Shown here: positions 8,995-14,256 of the stretch, one piece after another | How the letters are laid out: the number at the start of each line of letters is the position of its first letter | How positions within the stretch are numbered: position 1 is the first letter of the stretch | Virus record (IMG/VR): IMGVR_UViG_3300047546_001556 | Direction: 5' to 3' (one strand) | Origin: an uncultured virus (IMG/VR IMGVR_UViG_3300047546_001556) | Taxonomy: Duplodnaviria; Heunggongvirae; Uroviricota; Caudoviricetes; Autographiviridae | DNA: 20,000 nucleotides | Notes under the pieces: model-generated | The model's input: the letters and a program-made list of their open reading frames with translations, nothing else | The model's database searches: none | Told to the model about the DNA's origin: nothing | Translations under genes and position numbers: made by a program

Positions 8995-9000
8995 CGACAA

Positions 9001-9333
9001 TTAATCCTCCAGGTGAGAGCGGATGCTGTTGGCAAGGAGCTCACCACGCTTGGTCAGATACAACCGAAACCGCTTGTAGTAGTCCGGGTCCTGCTCGCGC
9101 TTGATGAGCCTGAGGCCTGGATTGCCGAAGCGATCGGTGTCGCCCAGCTTGTCCAAGGTCCGTGAGATCGAAGCAGCAGACATTCCTGTGGCTGTTTCAA
9201 GGACTTGCTGCAGGCAGCCTGGTTCCAGGACCACATACAGAAAGACAGCAAGATGCTGTACCGGAATGTCTTTCACCGTCGCAGCCCGGAAGGCTTCGAT
9301 GGCGGAGTACAGCTTCTTAAACTCAGGATCCAT
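9001..9333 (-). CDS. MarR-like winged-helix regulator
   Basis: HLAVFLYV...GMSAASISRTLDKL...LIKREQDPDYYKRFRLYLTKRG winged HTH pattern; directly upstream of int, as in cyanopodoviruses. Confidence 0.88.
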   Translation of the reverse strand: MDPEFKKLYSAIEAFRAATVKDIPVQHLAVFLYVVLEPGCLQQVLETATGMSAASISRTLDKLGDTDRFGNPGLRLIKREQDPDYYKRFRLYLTKRGELLANSIRSHLED

Positions 9334-9352
9334 TGTTTAGACCTCAGTTCCC

Positions 9353-9649
9353 CTAGTGTAAGCCATTTCGTGGCCTGTTATCTAGGGGGCATTCCCGGAG
9401 CATTTGTGCTGAAGACTTAGTAAAGCTTTCAGCCTCGCTCGGAATGTCGATATCCAGCAGATCCCTAGCCGTAAGCTTGGCGACGATGCGCTTGAGCTCG
9501 GTGGCCTGGGCTTCATCGGACGCGCCATACCGTCTGAGCGAGCACAGCACTTCTCCTGCAATGATTCCACCAAGGGAGCCATAGAGCTCACTGGCCCCAG
9601 CTGGCGCTGGAATTAAGGCTAAAGCAAGACCGACAATTAAGGATTTCAA
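9353..9649 (-). CDS. Putative exported protein with signal peptide
   Basis: MKSLIVGLALALIPAPAGA resembles a Sec signal ending in A-x-A; two Cys in the mature part; TTG start. Confidence 0.6.
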   Translation of the reverse strand: MKSLIVGLALALIPAPAGASELYGSLGGIIAGEVLCSLRRYGASDEAQATELKRIVAKLTARDLLDIDIPSEAESFTKSSAQMLRECPLDNRPRNGLH

Positions 9650-9673
9650 GGTAGATGAAGCGATGGGTTTAGG

Positions 9674-9811
9674 CTAGCGCCCTTGACCGCGATAGGCCTT
9701 CTTTCCCTTTCTTGGAAGTGATCGAAGACCGGAACCTTGGTGGGTACGCTTAGGTGGTCCAGGCACGAATTCAGACCGTGCTGTTTTAGACGGAGAGGAT
9801 TTGGCCTTCAT
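9674..9811 (-). CDS. 45-aa basic protein ending in YRGQGR
   Basis: Hand translation MKAKSSPSKTARSEFVPGPPKRTHQGSGLRSLPRKGKKAYRGQGR; the C-terminal KKxYRGQGR pattern is one I recognise from small marine phage proteins. Confidence 0.8.
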   Translation of the reverse strand: MKAKSSPSKTARSEFVPGPPKRTHQGSGLRSLPRKGKKAYRGQGR

Positions 9812-9846
9812 AGGCGACGATTAACGTGATTGTGAAAAGGGGTTAT

Positions 9847-10005
9847 TTATTCGCCTGGGTGGAATTCGATTTCCCACTTAAAGCACTCTTCTAGGTAATC
9901 GGCCAGCTTGGCTAGCGCTTTACCCTCCGTGTGCAGACTGTGGCGGCTATACCACTCCAGACGTTCGAGAATCGTTGCATTCTCGGGATAGCGTTCAGCC
10001 ATCAT
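9847..10005 (-). CDS. 52-aa hypothetical early protein
   Basis: Hand translation MMAERYPENATILERLEWYSRHSLHTEGKALAKLADYLEECFKWEIEFHPGE; abuts the upstream stop with AGGAG upstream. Confidence 0.7.
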   Translation of the reverse strand: MMAERYPENATILERLEWYSRHSLHTEGKALAKLADYLEECFKWEIEFHPGE

Positions 10006-10191
10006 TCACCACTCCTCCTTAAGATACACATTCATGATCTTGAAGTAGGTGGGTAGCAGCTCTTGGGCAGATTGGAGAGCATGTGCTTTATCTCGTGCCC
10101 AAAAGTCCCAGTGCCCTGGGTTATCGTTCACATCTGTGTAAGTGACACGATACAGCGAATGATGGCTGTGCGATATAGGTACGTTTGGCAT
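10006..10191 (-). CDS. 61-aa early protein, gp2-like pattern
   Basis: Tightly packed ORF; gapless similarity to ORF 10780-10962. Confidence 0.7.
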   Translation of the reverse strand: MPNVPISHSHHSLYRVTYTDVNDNPGHWDFWARDKAHALQSAQELLPTYFKIMNVYLKEEW

Positions 10192-10196
10192 AAGTG

Positions 10197-10394
10197 TTAG
10201 TCATCCTCATCAAGGATCGTGTTGATGAGATCATTGAGCAGATCAGCGATTAGCCTTTCCTTTTGCAGGCGACTATCAAGATAGTCATAACGCCGGCTGT
10301 CAGGATCACAGCTATTAAGCTGATGAACTATTTCGTAGATCTGGTCATGTTGATAACGAACCAGGCGGCCAAGCTCAGAAACAATACAGGTCAT
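10197..10394 (-). CDS. 65-aa helical hypothetical early protein
   Basis: ORF track; co-oriented and tightly packed. Confidence 0.7.
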   Translation of the reverse strand: MTCIVSELGRLVRYQHDQIYEIVHQLNSCDPDSRRYDYLDSRLQKERLIADLLNDLINTILDEDD

Positions 10395-10452
10395 CGTTCA
10401 AGCAAATCGATTGGACGCTACAAAGCGTCTATAGCTGATGAGTACACCTGTA

Positions 10453-10614
10453 TTATTCCTTATCATTGCGTATCCAGCGACCGTTTTGGCAGTCCCAGAC
10501 ACGCACAGGAGCAGGTGGCTCCACCGTTGGTTTTATGCAGTTTCTGCATTGTGTAGCCAACTCATCGATATCGATGGCTGGCTGGCTGTAAGGGTCGTAA
10601 AGCATTGTTCCCAT
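10453..10614 (-). CDS. 53-aa hypothetical early protein
   Basis: Hand translation MGTMLYDPYSQPAIDIDELATQCRNCIKPTVEPPAPVRVWDCQNGRWIRNDKE; preceded by the AATCGTCGC motif. Confidence 0.6.
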   Translation of the reverse strand: MGTMLYDPYSQPAIDIDELATQCRNCIKPTVEPPAPVRVWDCQNGRWIRNDKE

Positions 10615-10619
10615 AGCGA

Positions 10620-10790
10620 TTAAAAGCGACGATTGAACGGAGGCTGAACATCCTTATGCTTCCGCTTACACAATGGGGCGACAATCGCCGTCATCATGAT
10701 GAGAGGAAGAAGAATGGGCAATAGACTAACGATCATGACCACATAGAAAGGATTATCAATGCGGGCATAGTCAAACCGCTTAGTCATCAT
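10620..10790 (-). CDS. Small single-pass membrane protein
   Basis: MMTKRFDYARIDNPFYVVMIVSLLPILLPLIMMTAIVAPLCKRK...: hydrophobic segment followed by a basic tail. Confidence 0.55.
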   Translation of the reverse strand: MMTKRFDYARIDNPFYVVMIVSLLPILLPLIMMTAIVAPLCKRKHKDVQPPFNRRF

Positions 10791-10962
10791 CCTGCCCATA
10801 GTCATTGAGCTGATTAATGGGCCAGACGCCTTGTACAACCTCATAGGGTTCGCACATCATTTCCGCACGAATCCAGGCGTCATTAAAAGATTCGGCGTGG
10901 ATGTACTCAGTAGCCGTGGCGTATTTGTTTAAACCAGGGCCCAGGTTGGCTTGGTAAAGCAT
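10780..10962 (-). CDS. 60-aa early protein resembling T7 gp2 (host RNAP inhibitor fold)
   Basis: MLYQANLGPGLNKYATATEYIHAESFNDAWIRAEMMCEPYEVVQGVWP...; the ATG follows the TTAATCGTCGC motif. Confidence 0.65.
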   Translation of the reverse strand: MLYQANLGPGLNKYATATEYIHAESFNDAWIRAEMMCEPYEVVQGVWPINQLNDYGQDDD

Positions 10963-10993
10963 AGAAACGCGACGATTAAGTGATGGTGAACTA

Positions 10994-11067
10994 GGCCACA
11001 GAAGTGTGGTTTGTGGCCAGAGGGTGCAAGGGGATTCGATCCCCCGCATCACGCATTATTGCACCCC
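10994..11067 (-). ncRNA. Structured intergenic RNA element D (tRNA-like junction plus hairpin)
   Basis: GGGTGCAA...TTGCACCC stem enclosing a small hairpin and GGGG-ATCGAAT-CCCC, then GGCCACA...TGTGGCC. Confidence 0.6.
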
Positions 11068-11078
11068 GTTGAAATACA

Positions 11079-11258
11079 CTACTGGGCTGGATGATCAATA
11101 GCTTTCTCAAGCAGATGTGCAATGAGATTACTAAGGCTTCTCCCTTCCTCTATTGAACGATCTAGGAGTGCTTTATGCACTCGATAGTTGATCGTAATAG
11201 TGACACGCTGGGGCTTACGCATTGAATAACGAAGCCCGGTGACTGTGGTTGCTTCCAT
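11079..11258 (-). CDS. Ribbon-helix-helix (Arc/CopG-like) DNA-binding protein
   Basis: Hand translation MEATTVTGLRYSMRKPQRVTITINYRVHKALLDRSIEEGRSLSNLIAHLLEKAIDHPAQ; RVTITI strand, helix and GRSLSNL turn/helix typical of RHH. Missed by the ORF track. Confidence 0.85.
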   Translation of the reverse strand: MEATTVTGLRYSMRKPQRVTITINYRVHKALLDRSIEEGRSLSNLIAHLLEKAIDHPAQ

Positions 11259-11280
11259 TGGTGTAAGTGATCAGAGAAAG

Positions 11281-11355
11281 TTAGGTCGATTGATGCATCC
11301 AAACAATGCAAGCAATAAGACAAACAATCGGAGGGACTGGAAGAAGAAGAATCAT
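11281..11355 (-). CDS. 24-aa hydrophobic peptide
   Basis: MILLLPVPPIVCLIACIVWMHQST fills the gap between two genes. Confidence 0.4.
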   Translation of the reverse strand: MILLLPVPPIVCLIACIVWMHQST

Positions 11356-11358
11356 TGA

Positions 11359-11973
11359 TCACACGTTATGAATACGCTTGTGACAAACCCAGGTAATAGC
11401 CTGTATTTGGGCAGGAGAATAGCGGTCATCACTATTGTCGTTTATGAAACGTGTGGCTGCCATATAATCATCCTTGATTGTCTGGCGTAGCTTTTTACCA
11501 ATGGAAGGAACTTCTTTCATTGTTAGTCGCTCACCAAACCACACGGAATAAGCGTGGCCATCGATGCAAACATCGTTATAACCAACGATGCAATGGTAGA
11601 ACTCAGTTACCTTTGGGCCATTTAATAGTTGCTCGGGTGACTCGAATGCATAATCAAGAATGTTAACAGCCTTAGCAAGGTTCTTTCTATAGGTGCAGAC
11701 CTTAACGGCCATAGCATCCTCTCGTGAACCGTTAACGTAGGCGGCTATTACATTCTCAGCATCCTTGAGATTCCTCTCCCATTTGTTATTGGGAGACAAT
11801 GCTGCAATAACACCGGCAGCCTTGTGAGCATCGATGCCATAAGACTTGGCCATCCTCATGGCAGCCTTAAAAGCGATCGTATACCAGGCACAACCCTCCT
11901 CTATTTCAAGGCTGGTAGCATCCATAAATCGAGCGACAATGTGCCGCTGATTAATTGTTAAATTTGGGGTCAT
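11359..11973 (-). CDS. Conserved phage early protein, possible DNA glycosylase-like helical fold
   Basis: WY...AAGVIAALSP..KW..N...GPKVTEFY...VCIDGHA...QAITWV pattern. ATG at 11973 preferred because the longer start lies inside an RNA hairpin. Confidence 0.75.
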   Translation of the reverse strand: MTPNLTINQRHIVARFMDATSLEIEEGCAWYTIAFKAAMRMAKSYGIDAHKAAGVIAALSPNNKWERNLKDAENVIAAYVNGSREDAMAVKVCTYRKNLAKAVNILDYAFESPEQLLNGPKVTEFYHCIVGYNDVCIDGHAYSVWFGERLTMKEVPSIGKKLRQTIKDDYMAATRFINDNSDDRYSPAQIQAITWVCHKRIHNV

Positions 11974-11996
11974 CGTGAATACAAATGACAGGAAGA

Positions 11997-12060
11997 TCAC
12001 CCATTAGCGGGTGAGACAGGAGTGAGGGATTCGATCCCAAGCCTCTCGCTTACACTCCTG
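11997..12060 (-). ncRNA. Structured intergenic RNA element C
   Basis: CAGGAGTG...CACTCCTG stem enclosing AAGC-GAGAG-GCTT and GGG-ATCGAAT-CCC, then TCACCC-GCTAAT-GGGTGA. Confidence 0.6.
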
Positions 12061-12067
12061 CAATTGA

Positions 12068-12526
12068 TCAGACAAAATAAGCATTAACTAGCTTTTGTGC
12101 CTGAAATTTGCCAGTGTGAACAGTGGCAGCCGCTTGTAATGCGATCTCACTCCAAATCATCCAATGGATAGATTTAGGTGCAGTCGACATTGCATAACGG
12201 GCACTTGCGATCTCACCGGCAGCATCAAACCCAAACCCTTGGCTTACGTGGTGATAATCATGAATCGCTCGAAACATCCAGTTCTGCATTTGTGTAAGCA
12301 TTGGATGCTCACTATGCAATGTTGAGATGTAGAGGATGTGATTCCATTTGTGATGGTGAAGCATAGCCTCAGGCGATACATCAGAATCAACAAACTTCAC
12401 GCGAACCGGAAGATTAAAATACTGAGTGAGAATCCAATCAGTAAATTCTTTCTTCTCTGCTGGGGTTGGTTCACAGTGGCTGCCCATTGTGTAGGTATCA
12501 GCCAAGACGGAGACAATCGTTGACAT
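12068..12526 (-). CDS. Hypothetical early protein with an FRAIHDxxH...GE putative metal-binding motif
   Basis: NWMFRAIHDYHH...FDAAGE...SEI; ATG at 12526. Confidence 0.8.
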   Translation of the reverse strand: MSTIVSVLADTYTMGSHCEPTPAEKKEFTDWILTQYFNLPVRVKFVDSDVSPEAMLHHHKWNHILYISTLHSEHPMLTQMQNWMFRAIHDYHHVSQGFGFDAAGEIASARYAMSTAPKSIHWMIWSEIALQAAATVHTGKFQAQKLVNAYFV

Positions 12527-12556
12527 AGCTTGCACCAGTGGAAGTGAACGGGCAAA

Positions 12557-12691
12557 TTAACGGGCGTGATGACTGAGCCTGTCCAACCGATGAACAATTG
12601 CCATCAGCTGAGATCGGGTAATCAGTCCCCGTTGATAATCCGCCACAGCCTGAGAATGCAGCTTGGCCAGTCTCTCTGTGGTTTGTGTCAT
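12557..12691 (-). CDS. 44-aa hypothetical early protein
   Basis: Hand translation MTQTTERLAKLHSQAVADYQRGLITRSQLMAIVHRLDRLSHHAR, directly after element B. Confidence 0.7.
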   Translation of the reverse strand: MTQTTERLAKLHSQAVADYQRGLITRSQLMAIVHRLDRLSHHAR

Positions 12692-12708
12692 TTGTTAGGT
12701 GACAATTA

Positions 12709-12776
12709 GCCTCTCTCTGTGAGAGGCAATAACTGCCGGAGGGTTTGCACCTCCGGGCCCGCTTTTACGGATCAGT
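12709..12776 (-). ncRNA. Structured intergenic RNA element B
   Basis: ACTG...CAGT enclosing CCG-TAAAAG-CGG and CCGGAGG-TGCAAAC-CCTCCGG, then ATT-GCCTCTC-ACAGA-GAGAGGC. Confidence 0.6.
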
Positions 12777-12903
12777 AGGCTTCGTCATCGTTTGCATCGA
12801 TGTAAGAGAGCAAGCAATAGAAAGTAGGAAGATCACGGCAAATAGCAGCGGCCAATTCCTCATACGAGAAATCAGTGATGATCTGCTCAATAGTCGTTTG
12901 CAT
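12772..12903 (-). CDS. 43-aa acidic protein, first gene after the early promoter
   Basis: Hand translation MQTTIEQIITDFSYEELAAAICRDLPTFYCLLSYIDANDDEAY, directly after element A. Confidence 0.65.
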   Translation of the reverse strand: MQTTIEQIITDFSYEELAAAICRDLPTFYCLLSYIDANDDEAY

Positions 12904-12914
12904 TTGACTGATCA

Positions 12915-12990
12915 GCCCCTCGCAGTGAGAGGCAATGGGACAGGCAACCACCGATGGTTGCTATCAAGGCCTGGATACCCTGCCTGTCCC
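12915..12990 (-). ncRNA. Structured leader RNA element A
   Basis: GGGACAG...CTGTCCC enclosing two hairpins (including GCAACCA-TCGG-TGGTTGC), then ATT-GCCTCTC-ACTGC-GAGGGGC. Confidence 0.6.
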
Positions 12991-13012
12991 GTGTCCACGT
13001 CTTAAGCGTGGG

Positions 13013-13061
13013 ATTCGGTTGTCTAGGTGCAAGTGACCGAGCGGCAGTTCTGCCTCCGATC
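13013..13061 (-). promoter_or_regulatory. boxB-like hairpin plus cyanobacterial rrn boxA-like sequence
   Basis: Hairpin GATCGGAGGCAG-AA-CTGCCGCTCGGTC followed by GCACCTAGACAACCGAAT, resembling cyanobacterial rrn boxA (GAACCTTGACAAC). Confidence 0.5.
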
Positions 13062-13068
13062 TGCACCA

Positions 13069-13097
13069 ATGATGGCCTCTCGATTGCAGCCGTGCAA
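13069..13097 (-). promoter_or_regulatory. Host sigma70-type early promoter
   Basis: TTGCAC-N17-CATCAT at the head of the early operon. Confidence 0.55.
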
Positions 13098-13194
13098 GTG
13101 AATGGAGGGTGAACCACTTAGACAACCGTCCACACACTAGTGTTTGCAATGGGTTTGGCCCCTAAACACGTTGTAATGTGTTCGTTACAAACGA

Positions 13195-13392
13195 CTAATC
13201 ACGTGGTGCTCGCATACTTGGTTCGATGATCCATTCTTCCTCTATTGCTTCGCAGGCTTTCTTTATTGCTTGCTTCTTATCATCGCTGATCTTGATATAT
13301 GGATCTTGATAGACTGTTGCTAGCCTATTGATTCGATCACACATTGATAGGTATGCGTGTTCGATTGGCGTGATTTGATTGTGCTTTGTCAT
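13195..13392 (-). CDS. Hypothetical protein near the genome end
   Basis: ORF track (MTKHNQITPIEHAYLSMCDRINRL...); internal ATG chosen. Confidence 0.5.
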   Translation of the reverse strand: MTKHNQITPIEHAYLSMCDRINRLATVYQDPYIKISDDKKQAIKKACEAIEEEWIIEPSMRAPRD

Positions 13393-13642
13393 AAAGAACT
13401 GTACGGAATTAATGTACATAATTGATGCGACAGATAAATTTAGATAAATATGTACAAGATAACGATAGTGTTATATCATATCGATCGTTCAATGCCCTAT
13501 TTCCTGCCGCATTAGTTCTTCTCTCTAATGAGATCCCTGCCGCTGCAGTGGATCTGAAGCTAGTGATACCTAACCTCGCTTAAGTTGGGCAGGGTAGGAG
13601 TAACTTAGGGGGCCTATGGGGGGATTCCCGCAGGCGATAGCG

Positions 13643-13993
13643 CTACGTACTCTCTTCAGATTTTTCTGTCGAAATACTCCAAGGAGCAGACAACCTCATC
13701 TCAGGCAGACCATCCACCTCAGATGACTTCTCTGAATAGACAGGATCAACATACAACACATCATCCTCCCTCTTCCACTCCTCCTGCAACACCTCAACCT
13801 GTCTATCAACAGACTCCAGGGTAGACAGAGTCTTCCATTCCACCCAATACGGCTTACAGTAATCAATCAGCATCCGATACCAATTCCGTAGTCTTACGGA
13901 AGGCTGTTTATCCGAATACCAGATTGCTACTTCATAGCATATAGCCAATAGCCGTTTCTCATAATCCATAGCGGATACTTCATACAACAGCAT
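13643..13993 (-). CDS. Hypothetical protein downstream of large terminase
   Basis: 116-aa ORF, co-oriented, Trp-rich with acidic C-terminal half. Confidence 0.65.
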   Translation of the reverse strand: MLLYEVSAMDYEKRLLAICYEVAIWYSDKQPSVRLRNWYRMLIDYCKPYWVEWKTLSTLESVDRQVEVLQEEWKREDDVLYVDPVYSEKSSEVDGLPEMRLSAPWSISTEKSEEST

Positions 13994-14256
13994 ATAACGT
14001 GCATTAACACGTTAAGGTGAATGTATTCTCTTGACTAGTAAGGTAGGAAAGTGAGTTAGTGGTTAAAAACTACCCCCCTTACCCCCCACAGGAGGGGGTA
14101 TGAGAGGTCTTGACTGAGCAAGGTGAGGTTGCTGTTACTTCATTCAGGAACTACCAAAACCTGATGAAGCGGGTATGTATGACCCATCCCTTTGGACCCG
14201 CTAGGGGACGGAGGGATGGGGGTGGGGACCGGTATGGTCTCTCTGTAATGGTCCCC

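Noticed and set aside
11162..11362. 66-aa ORF from the track
   Set aside because: Overlaps the RHH gene, which has a clear fold signature in another frame.
10994..12776. True tRNA genes at the T-loop hairpins
   Set aside because: No anticodon arm, canonical D-loop or CCA end; reported as tRNA-like elements instead.
9800..13140. CRISPR array
   Set aside because: Repeats are degenerate, irregularly spaced and separated by whole ORFs; no cas genes.
12887..13149. Two short minus-strand ORFs from the track
   Set aside because: They span the promoter and structured leader, and lack protein-like features.
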